Below, piece by piece: positions 25,721 through 39,885 of a DNA stretch of 64,000 nt (the first letter of the stretch is position 1; every line of letters starts with the position of its first letter). Both the position numbers and the translations under genes were made by a program. Source of the DNA: Octopus vulgaris (Eukaryota); assembly GCA_951406725.2 (NCBI GenBank), contig OX597831.1, positions 68,758,001-68,822,000 on the forward strand. The letters are read 5' to 3'. The notes beneath the pieces were generated by a model. It had not been told where the DNA came from. It saw nothing but the letters and a program-made list of their open reading frames with translations, and searched no databases.

Positions 25721-26950
25721 CAAGCATGTCCTCATCCTCTATTTTATCCTTAACTCTTTTCCTTCCCTATATTAATGATGTACCTGCTGGCACATCCAGC
25801 AACACCCATTCATATGACACTACTTCATTTAGACACTACATGCCAAACTCATATTCACTCCAGGAACAGAAACTTTGAAGGAATCCTCCAATAGGGTTGG
25901 TCTGATTTTGATCAATTGCAACTAAGTACAAATGCTATTTATATCAAGAAAACACAATCAAGCGATGCCCCTCCTAACCATAAGTTGCATTCAATTAGAG
26001 CCCTTAAAATCACTCCTATTATTAGCAGGTTTCTCTTCATGAAACCAAATTTTTAACATGGCTAGAACTGCATCCTAATGACTGGCTGTATTCTTTACAG
26101 CCTGAAAATACTTTAGCTCCAAGATTTTTTAATACTTTGCAAAGCTCAGGTGAGGCTCACATTAGAAAATTACTCTCACATCTGGGAAGGTGGTGCTGCC
26201 GTGCATGTAGATATCTTAGACTACATGCCGAAAAGGACAGTCTGTCTGATTCTCTACCACTACTATAATGCTTTGTTCCTCATCCCACCTCCACTTAGGC
26301 ATTTATGTCCCACCTGGCTCTCCTCTTCTCTTCACCCTTATTGTGCACAACTTATACCATCCCATCCCATTGCATCATGGCCCCAGCTCTTCACTTGTCA
26401 CTATGCCCTATCTTCCTTCCTAGAATGTTGGTCATCTGGAACTTCTTTTCTGCTCCTATCTTTCCTCTAGCTATTGATTTACAAAGATTCTAGAGGAATA
26501 TCAATGGCATCAGTCCACATAGGGACTTTGAAGACTGTGGGTTCTGTCCCTTCCTTGAGATCAAAGTAGAAACAAGAATGAGCAAAATAGAAACAAGAAT
26601 GAGCAAAGAGACTAAGCGACCATTTTTTTATCACTGAGAAAAGCATATATAATATATATCTGCATGTATGTTGATGGAGAGAGAGAGAGAGATAAAGGAA
26701 TTGCTACTATTGTAATTGAGGTAAAAAAGGAAATTATTAAATACATTTTCCTATAATACATTTTCATCAATCTATTTGTACACTTATTTTCAAGTGAGCT
26801 ATTTTTACATAGACACATATACTTAGGTTAGGTTTGAGCTCAGAACTTGTATTTTTTATGCAGTGTTTCAAATATTTAGCCATTATGTCACATACCCTAA
26901 ACTAAAGCCAAATTTTGTAATGTGAAAACCAAACTAGGCATGAGTTATAT

Positions 26951-27166
26951 ACTTTTTTACTCTTTTACTTGTTTCAGTCAGTTGACTGAAGCCATGCTGG
27001 AGCACCACCTTTAGTCGAGCAAATCGACCCCAGGACTTATTCTTTGTAAGCCTAGTACTTATTCTATCGGTCTCTTTTGCTGAACCACTAAGTTACGGGG
27101 ATGTAAACACACCAGCATCTGCTGTCAAGCGATGTTGGGGGGACAAATACATACACACAAACATAT

Positions 27167-27225
<59 letters not shown>

Positions 27226-27391
27226 TACAACAGGCTTCTTTCATTTTCTGTCTACCAAATCCACTTACAAGGCTTTGGTCAGCCTGAGGCTATAGTAGAA
27301 GACACTTGCCCAAGATGCCACGCAGTGGGACTGAACCCAGAACCATGTGGTTGGTAAGCAAGCTACTTACCACACAGCCACTCCTACACCT
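26951..27391 (-). mobile_element. SINE family A
   Basis: Full-length match to the family pattern. Confidence 0.92.
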
Positions 27392-28649
27392 ATGGGAATA
27401 AAACTATAAAGAAGATTCTAGAAAATCAAACACACTTCATCCCTTTGTTTCACTATTATTGAAGGACCCGAAAAGGATCTTGGATGTTCCTTTTCCTGCT
27501 GTCATTAAAAGGAGAAACTGCTAATTGGCATGTTTAATCATATTAATAAGATGAATATTTAGCTAAAGTTTAAAATAATGGTAAACATATTCCGTATGTT
27601 GTCATGTATTAAGTAGGGAGAGAAAATTTTCTGCTTCTTATTGTAGGCATGCCTATGTCTGCTGGAATGTTTATGTGTGTGTGTAACAAGATATTGGAAG
27701 AAAATAGTTTCTAAAAATACATTTTAGTTTTCTCTTTTACATAATTTCACTTTTTAACACTCGAAATTACCATAATATCTACATCTCATATTTGAATTGC
27801 TTTTTCACATAGCTTTTGTGTATGGTACCTTTTTTGACATGCAATAACAAAATGCCATGTGTGTGTGTGTGTGTCTGTTTTTCTGCTCATTTATGCATTA
27901 TGTTTTGCTTAACTTTCACTTTCACAATGAATAATTAAATAATTGGCAGTGAAAAGAAAAATGTATGAGAACTTTGGGGGAAAAGTGTGTTATTTTATCT
28001 GAGAGAGTTGAGGTGTCTTGGCATAGAAAACCTGAACTTATATATACATCGATTCTATATGCTAATTGAAAGGTGCTTGGCATATATGGTTTATGTGAAA
28101 AGAGAGTGAATAAATTGAATTGACAATTTAAAAGTTTTTCTTTCTCTTTCAATATAAAAAATTCAGACATTTATAGGGATTCTTACAGAACAAAAATATT
28201 GCAAAAGTAGAAACAACAAATGCCTTGACAATTTAATGTTGTTTTGAAATAATTTTATTACTGTAACTCAATAAATGTAGATGGTATACTACATTACTCC
28301 TATTCCATCAGTTCAAATCTTGATACAAGTGGTGTATTTTGATTCCTTGAGGACATTTTTTTGACTTTATAGGTGAATTAAGAATATTCATTAAAAAGTT
28401 TGTAACATTGGCAGAAAACCACAAATTTCACTGGGTGTATTGTCAATCATATCTAGTACTTAGTTTATCACCCTGTAAGGTTAATAAACAAAATCAACTC
28501 TGGTGGGATTTGAACTTAGAATGTAATGTTTTGTAACTGAAAACCACATGACATTTTGTCTGATGCTCCAGCAATTCTGTCAAATCACCATCCTTTTAAA
28601 ATTCATTTAAAATTGTTCATTCTTTTTTATGGTGTCTATCTATTATTTT

Positions 28650-29043
28650 TTTTACCTGTTTTAGTCATTTGACTGTGGCCTTGCTGGGGCACCGCCTTGA
28701 AGAATTTTAGTCAAACTAATCAACCCCAGCACTTATTTTTCTTTTTAAACCTGCTACTTATTCTATCAGTCTCTTTTACTGAAAGGCTAAGTTGCGGGGG
28801 ACATTGAACACACCAACACCGGTTGTCAAGTACTGAAGGGCGTAAAACACAGGCACAAATACACACACTCTCTCTCACTCACACACACACATGTATATAT
28901 GATGGGCTTCTTTCAGTTTCCATCTACCAAATCTACTCACAACCCTTTGGTCAGCCTGTTGCCCAAGGTGCCACACAATGAGATTGAACCTAGAACCATG
29001 TGGTGTGAAGCAAACTTCTCACCACACAGCTATATGTGCACCT
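28650..29043 (-). mobile_element. SINE family A, diverged
   Basis: Same head and tail order, more substitutions and an internal deletion. Confidence 0.8.
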
Positions 29044-29305
29044 ATGTAGGCAATCAGATGACTTTAATGTACGTATGTTTCCATGTGTGTCTGCATATAT
29101 TTATTCTTGATTTTTTTTTCACCAAGTATTATTGGTTACAGGTTCCCCCTAGGTCATTCCCTGGTTCATTGCATTTCTGATGACAAGAGTGACAAGAGTG
29201 CATCTGTAACCCAGGGAGTGTCATTAAATGAGCCTCAGTCTTTATTGATGACTTTATTCTTGTTTGATATACATTGGTGAAATACAACTACGTATATATT
29301 CATAC

Positions 29306-29575
29306 GTGGAGGCATATGGCCTAGTGGTTAAAGCAGCAGACTCGCAGTCGAGGGATCGCGGGTTCGAATCTCAGACCAGACGATGTGTGTGTTTATGAGC
29401 GAAAACACCTAAGCTCCACGCGACTCCGGCAGAAGGTAATTGTGAAACTTCTGCTAATTCTTCCGCCACAACTTTCTCTCACTTTTTCCTCGTGCATCTT
29501 GCAGCTCACCTGCGACAGACCGGTGTTCCATCCAGGTGGGGAACCTATACGCCAAGAAACCGGGAAGCAACAAAA
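29306..29575 (+). mobile_element. SINE family C (tail variant 2, 3' end shortened)
   Basis: A/B boxes as in the 25438 copy; ATATATTCATAC repeated at about 29295 and 29576 (TSD). Confidence 0.88.
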
Positions 29576-29840
29576 ATATATTCATACACAAGACAGGCTT
29601 CCACATAGTTACAGATGAACTAATTCCATTTAGAAGGTAGGCACAGGCATGACTGTGGATAGGGAGTTTGTTTCCCAGTCATGCAGTTTGCAGTTCATCC
29701 CACTGTTCAATACTTTAGATTAGTGTCTTCTACAGTCAAGTCCAAAGCCTTGTGAGCGAATTTGGTAGCTGCAAACTGGAAGAAGCCTATGGTATATGTG
29801 TGTGTATGCATAAGTGTGTGTGTATATATATATATATATA

Positions 29841-30050
29841 GTTAATCCAAACATGAAAACACAAAGAGAAAGCACAACAACGCGAGGACGTGGAACAAAT
29901 ATAGTATTATTGGATGCTCAGGAAAGAAGGAAAGAAGGAGGGTTTAACGTTTCGAGCGGAGCACTTCGTCTGAAACATAGGAAAAGGAAAGATCCAAAGA
30001 AGGGAAGATGGAGGATAAAAAATCGCCAACAGTACACACGCGGTCACATT
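29841..30050 (-). mobile_element. Short Penelope-like pLTR-type element with decayed hammerhead motif
   Basis: Flanked by microsatellites; minus strand of 29942-29976 reads GTTT-CAGACGA-A-GTGC TCC GCTC-GAAAC-GTT-AAAC. Confidence 0.6.
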
Positions 30051-30310
30051 TATCCATGTGTGTGTTTGTGTGTACATGTGTGCACATGCATGTAAAAAGG
30101 TGTGTGTGTGCATGCATGTATAAAGGTGCATGTGTGTGTATGTATATATGAATGTATGTATATGTGTGTGTGTATGTGTGTGTGTGCATGTATGAGGGTA
30201 TGTGTGTGTGTTTATGTGTGTTTATCTCCTTGTCTTGATATTACATGGTAGTTATAAAGTGGTGTCCATTTTCTATCTTTTATGGAATCATACTTAGCCA
30301 TGAGGAAATA

Positions 30311-30553
30311 TAGTTAAGTTAAGTTTTTGGCTCAAAAAGCAAAAAGCAAGGCCATGTAGGGGGACATAGAGTTATGTACAGGGAGGGTGTTCATGCAAAG
30401 AGTTCAGGCCATTTCTGGTCAAGAGAGATTTTGAACTGAGTGGTCGTCGGCATCTTCACTATCTCGTCCGGCAGCTTATTCCACGGATCCACAACCTGGA
30501 TGGAGAAAGCCCCTCTCCTTCAATTGAGATGAAATCGTCGCAGATAGAGCTTT
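30311..30553 (-). mobile_element. 3' end of a CR1-group LINE
   Basis: Minus strand translates RRGAFSIQVVDPWNKLPDEIVKMPTTTQFKISLD (typical CR1 C-terminus), followed by a short UTR and (AACTT)n tail. Confidence 0.8.
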
Positions 30554-31348
30554 ATTGCCTTATTATGAAGACAAGAGAGGTTTGGTGACTGGAAGGGCAT
30601 CCAGCCACAGAAAATCACCTCAACAAATTTTGTCTGGTGCATGCAAGCATAGAAAAGTTGGCATCAAATAACAGAGATGATGATATTCATGAAGTTATTA
30701 GTCAACCAAAGCTACAACAGAAGACTCTTGCCCAAGGTGCCAAGCAGTGGGATCAAACCTGACACCCTATTGTTGCAAAGGGAACTTCATAGCCATGCAG
30801 TCATATCAGCCCATATGTATGAGGTGAACATTTGTATTCACTTACAATGTCATGTATAAGCATTATTTGTATATAAGCATTCCTATATACACCTATATGT
30901 AAACATGTATGTGAGAGGTCAAAGAGAGAGAAAAAGAGAGACTATGTATAGTTGTGTGTGTATTTTTATCTGTGTGTGTGTGTGTGTGCATCTATAGGTG
31001 TGTGTCTGTATGTCTATGTATATATACATACCTGTTTGTTTGAGTGATTTTCTTTGTTAATGGAAAGCTTGCATGACATATTTAACTTAATGTTAAAGAC
31101 ATGGTTAGAATCAATAAAACATTAAAAAAATATCTTTTAAATTTTGTATTTGATATTCATTTATTGAGATAAGAATTGCACAGATATGAAACTGATAAGT
31201 AATAAATATATTTACAGTACTGTTGCATTTCGGTCATAATTAGATAATTAACAGTTTTCACTCCAAGAACAGAATATCACACCCTGATAATTACTATTGC
31301 ACATTGGAAATGTCTTACTTTGCTATCCTATAACCCTGATATTTTTCC

Positions 31349-32199
<851 letters not shown>

Positions 32200-32684
32200 A
32201 AGAGATTGATTAAATTTCAAAAATTACATAGAAGCAGAAAAAAGGAACAAATGGAATCAAGACAAAAGGAACATGCTCTTTTCTCGTCAGTTATCATCTA
32301 CAAAAATGTAATTGCAATTTCACACTTTTAGCAATATGTGTGTGTGTGCATATGTTTGCATGTGTGTGTGTGTGTGCGTGCATGCCTACTTTTCTACCTG
32401 CTGGCTAGATTAAACTTATGTATTTCTGTATTGGTAAGTTAGAGTTAACATAATTATGATGGATAACATTAATCACTTAACTAAAAATGTTTGATATTCT
32501 AGAGAAAAAAAAAAACACGGTACAAGGTAATGATATGTTACTTTCATTTTTCTAGCTGGTATGACAGCAACCCCAGACATGTTTCAGTCTTACATTGACC
32601 TTATCTGTAAATATAGTCTTCGAAGTACTTGTCCAATTATGTAAATGTACAAGAGTGTATATTATTTAGGGAAATAAAATAGAG

Positions 32685-33102
32685 TTACTCTCTTTACTCT
32701 TTTACTTGTTTCAGTCATTTGACTGCGGCCATGCTGGAGCACCGCCTTTAGTCGAGCAAATCGATCCTGGGACTTATTCTTTGTAAGCCCAGTACTTATT
32801 CTATCGGTCTCTTTTGCCGAACCGCTAAGTGACGGGGACGTAAACACACCAGCATCAGTTATCAAGCAATGCTAGGGAGACAAACACAGACATACAAACA
32901 TACACACACATATATATATATATATATATACATATATACGACGGGCTTCTTTCAATTTCCATCTACCAAATCCACTCACAAGGCTTTGGTCGGGCCGAGG
33001 CTATAGTAGAAGATACTTGCCCAATGTGCCACGCAGTGGGACTGAACCCGGAACCATGTGGTTGGTAAGCAAGCTACTTACCACACAGCCACTCCTGCGC
33101 CT
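32685..33102 (-). mobile_element. SINE family A, full length
   Basis: Complete head to tail. Confidence 0.92.
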
Positions 33103-33934
33103 ATGTTGTTTAGAAATTTTATAATTCAAAGACATCATTAACATAAAAACAAGTTGATTAGTATAAAAATATTTAGTACACAAATCATTAGAAAGTTAAT
33201 TAGAAATATATTAATTGATGAGTAATATAACTTAGTTTTCTCAACAACTACAGGAAACAACTGAAGACATATTTTGGTCTTATTCTGAACTCAGTGTTGA
33301 TAGATAAAATGGATTAAAATGAAGACTTCGTTATTTTCCATTGTGTCACTATTCCACAAATCAAACTTGTGGAATAACAATGCATTTTGAAGAAACTTTG
33401 GTAGAATACTGATGCACGTCATTCAATTGCTCATATTCATTATCATCATCATTTAATGTCTGTTTTCCATGCTGGTATGGGTTGGATAGTTCAGTAGGTG
33501 CCAGCAAGTCAGAAGACTGCACCAATACATGGTTTCTACAGCTGGATGCCCCTCCTAATGCCAACTGCTTTATGGAGTGTACTGGGTGGTTTTTACATGA
33601 CACCAGCAGCAGTGAGTTTACCAAGTAACTTGCAGGACAAGACCCCTGAACTGAGGACAGGTGGTAGTATAGAGGGCTAGAAACACACACACATGACAGG
33701 CTTCTTTCAGTTTCCATCTACCAAATCCACTCACAAGGCTTCGGTTAGTCCAAGACTATAGTAAAAGATACTTGACCCTGAATTATGAAGTTGGGAAGCA
33801 AGTTTCTTACCAACAGCCACGCCCGCACCTATATATATATATATGTAGGTCCCGGGTTGAGTCGGGGTTAACCACAGTAAATAAGGTACTCAATACATAG
33901 CAGAATAAATTAATTTATTTTATTTTATAGAAGG

Positions 33935-33985
33935 AGCTTCTACAGGACTAGTACTGTTTCATTCAAATGAAATCATCAGGAAGCT
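33935..33985 (-). ncRNA. Type-I hammerhead ribozyme motif
   Basis: AGCTTC-CTGATGA-TTTCATTTGAAT-GAAAC-AGTACTAGTCCT-GTA-GAAGCT on the minus strand; identical to 39079-39129. Confidence 0.75.
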
Positions 33986-34401
33986 GGCTGTTAAAATAAA
34001 GTTTGGTATTTATACATTTAGGCAGATTTAATGGGGTGGTGGTGGGGGACGTTTTTTGGGTAAGCAGGGCACAAATTGTCGTTCTTAGGGGTGTGGTCAA
34101 AAGAATCAGTGATAAAGTAAATAAATGAATAAATAGAATAATTGAATAGAGTTTTATGTAAATTAGAAGACTATTGCTTTTAGTCAATTTGTTGTTGTTG
34201 TTATTAAGTTGAGGGAAGAAGTAGATAAATGAAAGAACATATAAAATAAATATACATACAAACCCCCGCATACATACACATGCGAATATCCATATATATA
34301 CATATACATATGCCCATGTATATACATACAGACACACACATACTTACACATAAATACACAAGCACATATATATACATATATGTACACACACACATATGCA
34401 T

Positions 34402-34440
<39 letters not shown>

Positions 34441-34988
34441 CATACAAATACACATACACATACATGCAAACACGCCAACACACGCACATATATATATACA
34501 CATATATATACCCACATATACACACACACATATATATATTTTTTATCTCCTCATCTTCCTCCCTTATTTTATTTTTATTTTTATTTCCTTTTCTCTATTT
34601 GTCTCTCCCCCCTACTCCAAACACATAGACACACACACACACACACAACACACACAAACACACACGTACACACAGAGACGCGCGCGCGCGCGCGCGCGCA
34701 CACACACACCTCCACAGCACATTCATACAAAGTAGACGAAGTTCTTAGCTGACAGTCTTCAAAATCATAAGAGGTATAATTTATGACCTGCCTACACACT
34801 GACACACATTCAGTGACGCTAGATTAGATGAACGCCAAAGTTCCTGGAACTCCCCTTGGGATTCCAGCCTGCCAAAAGGGATACTTCTACTACTCCCCTC
34901 TCCCTTCCTTTCTATCTTGTTACCAAAGGATACAAACACACACACTCACACACACACACACACACACACTCACACGCACACTCACACG

Positions 34989-35019
<31 letters not shown>

Positions 35020-35608
35020 GCACACTCATACACATACACACATATGTTCTCTCACTCATTTCCTCTTCATCCACTTATACATATGCATATATCTCTCTCT
35101 ACATACACATATATATATATATACATACACAAATACACACATGCATACATACATAAATGTACCCACGTTCACATAAACATATACATAACCATGCATATAT
35201 AAACACACATATATAAACGTACTTCTGTACACATAAACACACATAAATATCTGCCCGCTTATATAAACGCATATGCACATATAAAACCATATGTGCATAT
35301 AAATATACATACGCATATATACGCATCCATACACATATAAATACACATAAGCACACATGCATGCATACCCGTATATGTAAATGCATACATGCATATACAT
35401 ACACACACACATATTCATACATGCACATACATACACATATGTACACGTACATACATGTACATATCTACACATATACACATACATATATACCCATACAAAA
35501 ATCTACGAGTCCACATACATATACATATATATATACACACATATATATATATACATATATGCCCATACAAAAATCTACAAGTCCATATATATAAATATAC
35601 ACATATAC

Positions 35609-35638
<30 letters not shown>

Positions 35639-35640
<2 letters not shown>

Positions 35641-36306
35641 CATCATCATCATCATCATCATTTAGCGTCCGTTCTCCATGCTAGCATGGGTTGGACGGTT
35701 CAACTGGGGTCTGTGAAGCTGGAAGGCTTCGTCAGGCCCAGTCAGATCTGGCAGTGTTTCTACGGCTGGATGCCCTTCCTAACGCCAACCACTCCGTGAG
35801 TGTAGTGGGTGCTTTTTACGTGCCACCCGCACAGGTGCCAGACAGAGCTGGCAAACGGCCACGAACGGATGGTGCTTTTACGTGTCACTGGCACAGGGCC
35901 AGGCGAGGCTAGCAACGGACATGAACGGATGGTGCTTTTACGTGTCACCGGCACAGGGCCAGGCGAGGCTAGCAACGGACATGAACGGATGGTGCTTTTA
36001 CGTGCCACAAACACGGGGGCCAGACAGAGCTGGCAAACAGCCACGAAACGGATGGTGCTTTTACGTGTCACCGGCACGGGGGCCAGGCGAGGCTAGCAAC
36101 GGACATGAACGGATGGTGCTTTTATATGCCACTAACACGGGGGCCAGACAAAGCTGGCAAACGGCCACGAAACGGATGGTGCTTTTACGTGTCACCGGCA
36201 CGGGGGCAAGGCGAGGCTGGCAACGGACACGAACGGATGGTGCTTTTATATGCCACCAACACGGGGGCCAGACAGGGCAAACAGCCACGAACAGATGGTG
36301 CTTTTA
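35639..36306 (-). mobile_element. Family D copy with eight ~60-63 bp internal minisatellite units
   Basis: (CAT)7 tail on plus strand; units ending GGATGGTGCTTTTA from 35815 to 36306. Confidence 0.9.
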
Positions 36307-37210
36307 TACATATATATACATATACACATATATACATACACATATGTACTTACACCCATACACAAATATATACACATACACATACATACACACACATATA
36401 TATATATATATATATACATGTACATACATAAGCATATGCATATATAAATACACATACGCATATCTACACACATATGCTCACACACACACTCACACACACA
36501 CACACACACACACCACACACACACACACTCACACGCACATTCGTACCCATACACATACACACATGTTCTCTCACTCATTTCCTCTTCATCCACTTATTCA
36601 TATGCATATATCTCTCTCTACATGCATATATATACATATATACATACATACACAAATACACACATGCATACATACATAAATGTACCCACGTTCACATAAA
36701 CATATACATAATTATGCATATATAAACACACATATATAAACGTACTTCTGTACACATAAACACACATAAATAAATATCTGCCTGCTTATATAAACGCATA
36801 TGCACATATAAAACCATATGTGCATATAAACATACATACGCATATATACACATCCATACGCACATAAATACATATATGCACACATGCATGCAAACCTGTA
36901 TACATAAATGCATAGATGCATATACATACATACATACACATACATACATATACGTACACGTACATACATATACATATCTACACACATACACATACACAAA
37001 CCCATACAAAAATTTACGAGTCCATATATATATATACATATATATACACACACACATATATACACACATACACATATGTACTTACACCCATACACAAATA
37101 TATATATATATACATATATATACTTATATATACATATACATACACATACATAAGCATATGCATATATAAATACACATACACATATCTACACACATACACA
37201 CACACACACT

Positions 37211-37247
<37 letters not shown>

Positions 37248-38007
37248 ACCTCTATATACATATAAAAATCTACAAGTCCGTACATTCACACATATACATA
37301 TATACATATATATATTATGTGAAATAGAAAGATGAATAATCTTGTAGTAGATTAATCAAAAGTTTAACCGATACCTTAGTAGCAAAAATCACAGCAGTAA
37401 AACAGCGGGGAGTTTCCTTGACAAGGCAGGTTTAGATGAGAACACACACACACATAAAACATGATGTATATTTTTTTTCTGCCACCCAACGGTCATCACG
37501 GCAGTAGCCACTGACAGCCGAACGATCAAACGCACACACGTACACAAAAAATGTTTTCTACCCCTACGCCAACACACACGTATATAGAACAGTATACACA
37601 CACACACGTCTCTAAGTAGATTTTTTCTCGCCCCTTATAAAACATCCAATATTCCTTAAATAGTCAGAACTTTATTCTCGGTCACAAAGAACATCTACGC
37701 CCCCTCACCCACATGATTGACCGATGCCTGACCCGTTGAATTCTTCAGCCACCGGTTCTCAACATACACTGATAAACAGTTTCGCCATGGGCTCTTAGGA
37801 GCATAGTTCGATTTGTTTTTGCTCCGCCTCTGTTCTGTTTTTGTTTTTCCAACGGATTTCCTATTTTCTTCCTGAAGAGAAAGACACAATATGGTCCCAT
37901 TATTCCATCGGATTTTGGTAATTTGTGCCTTTCGAAACACGTGTAGAATGAAATAAAACGATTTCTGTTCAATCTGCGTTCATCTCCATTTCTTCAATTC
38001 ACCAATA

Positions 38008-38072
<65 letters not shown>

Positions 38073-38249
38073 CATACATATACATACATACATACATACA
38101 CCCATACACAAGTATACAAGCATATATATATATATATACATAAATACACATACGCATACATATAAATACATACAAGCATACACACACATACACATATACA
38201 TACATACATAAACTTATACATGCATATACTCATACTTACACATACACAT

Positions 38250-38282
<33 letters not shown>

Positions 38283-39078
38283 CATAAATACACGCATGCG
38301 TACATATATGTATACATATACACCTACACATACATACATACACACACATATAGATACACGCACATAAGCACATACATATAAATATTCATATACACATATA
38401 TATACATATACACGTACATAAACATATACATATGCATACACATACATAAATATATACTCGTGTACACACACATATACAAACATATGCACATATACACACA
38501 TACATATACACACATATATACATACACATATATATACACACACATATATATATACATATATATATACATATATATACATACATATATATATACATATATA
38601 CACACACAAACATGCACACATATACACATACACACGTATGCATGCCTACACATACACATGTACATACACAAATGCACACACACACATACAAATACATATA
38701 TGCACTCGTATACATACATGTGCACACATGCACATGCCCACATCCACATATATGTATATAGTCTTAGGAGAGAAGGTAATTGGGGGTGATGAAGGAACGG
38801 TGGGAGTGGGGAGTTGTTGTGGGTGGGGTGTCGCCAATCGGGTTGCCTGGTGGGTCTGTAATGTATGTAGTTGGCATTAATTTTGTGCATACAGTTTGGG
38901 GAGTGTTCTGAGATCTATTCAATTATTCTATTTATTCATTTATTTACTTTATCACTGATTCTTTTGACCACACCCCTAAGAACGACAGTTTGTGCCCTGC
39001 TTACCCAAAAAATGTCCCCCACCACCACCCCATTAAATCTGCCTAAATGTATAAATACCAAACTTTATTTTGGCAGCC

Positions 39079-39129
39079 AGCTTCCTGATGATTTCATTTG
39101 AATGAAACAGTACTAGTCCTGTAGAAGCT
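39079..39129 (+). ncRNA. Type-I hammerhead ribozyme motif
   Basis: 6-bp stem I AGCTTC/GAAGCT, intact CUGAUGA and GAAA, stem III CAG-TACTAGTC-CTG (near-palindrome), GUA triplet with predicted cleavage after 39123. Confidence 0.78.
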
Positions 39130-39139
39130 CCTTCTATAA

Positions 39140-39180
<41 letters not shown>

Positions 39181-39185
<5 letters not shown>

Positions 39186-39414
39186 GGATAAGATCGATTT
39201 TTAATACTGATCTTATCAGGTGGACAGCATGGGAATAAAAACTTTCAAAAGTAATAATTATTTAAAATTATAATTTAGGGTATCTAAGAAATACCACCAC
39301 ACTGGAAATAGCTGTCAAAACTTGACTCTAAAACCACATTAAGTTTAATGTGGTTTTTGAGTCAAATTTTGATTGCTATTTCCAGTGTGGTGGTATCTCT
39401 TAGATACCCTAAAT

Positions 39415-39424
<10 letters not shown>
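39181..39424 (-). mobile_element. Fold-back element: ~80-bp arms, 2-bp centre, ~82-bp extension on the left
   Basis: 39263-39342 pairs with 39345-39424; (TA)n on both flanks. Confidence 0.82.
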
Positions 39425-39468
<44 letters not shown>

Positions 39469-39472
<4 letters not shown>

Positions 39473-39703
39473 AAATAATATGTGACACTTATACAATAGC
39501 CAAGATAAAACTCTGAGTTTCGGATGCCGAGGTGGAAATAACCGAAGAGAAGGTGTTGTGGATTTCCACCTTGGCATCCGAAACTCAGAGTTTTATCTTG
39601 GCTATTGTATAATTGTCACATATTATTTTACAGATAAATTTCCTCTATTTACATAATATTGAGGTCTCTTTCTTTCTTTTGTTATCTTAACGTTTTTACC
39701 AAG
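39469..39703 (+). mobile_element. Fold-back element: ~70-bp arms, ~70-bp extension, hammerhead-like motif at the start of the long arm
   Basis: 39469-39539 pairs with 39562-39632; (TA)n on both flanks. Confidence 0.82.
39538..39596 (+). ncRNA. Hammerhead-like motif with U4C core variant
   Basis: ATAA-CCGAAGA-[stem II GGTGTT/GGCATC plus GTGGA/TCCAC]-GAAAC-TCAGA-GTT-TTAT; stem III AACTC-A-GAGTT is palindromic. Confidence 0.6.
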
Positions 39704-39763
39704 ATATATATATATATATAAAATGCTTACTTACATATAAGAGAACAAAGTGTACGTACTTTG

Positions 39764-39885
<122 letters not shown>

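Larger units (their letters stand above)
24700..26500 (+). mobile_element. Heavily decayed CR1/Jockey-group LINE RT relic interrupted by two SINEs
   Basis: Fragmentary translations: LLLKLP-HGLH...SYLQNSIIVVHVN (about 25300-25400), LFFLPYINDVP...HSYD (about 25755-25820), LENYSHIWEG (about 26160). Confidence 0.55.
33846..39144 (-). mobile_element. ~5.3-kb non-coding element with ~230-bp inverted terminal repeats, each carrying a hammerhead ribozyme motif (non-autonomous Penelope-like / retrozyme-like)
   Basis: 33920-34150 is the reverse complement of 38914-39144 (4 mismatches counted by eye); the left copy has an extra ~74-bp extension; both outer ends abut (TA)n; the interior is CA/TA-rich with unique blocks and no RT or GIY-YIG ORF. 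Confidence 0.78.

Noticed and set aside
35815-36306. Regularly spaced ~60-bp repeats resembling a CRISPR array
   Set aside because: The 'spacers' are themselves repeated, there are no cas genes, and the array lies inside a eukaryotic retroposon UTR.
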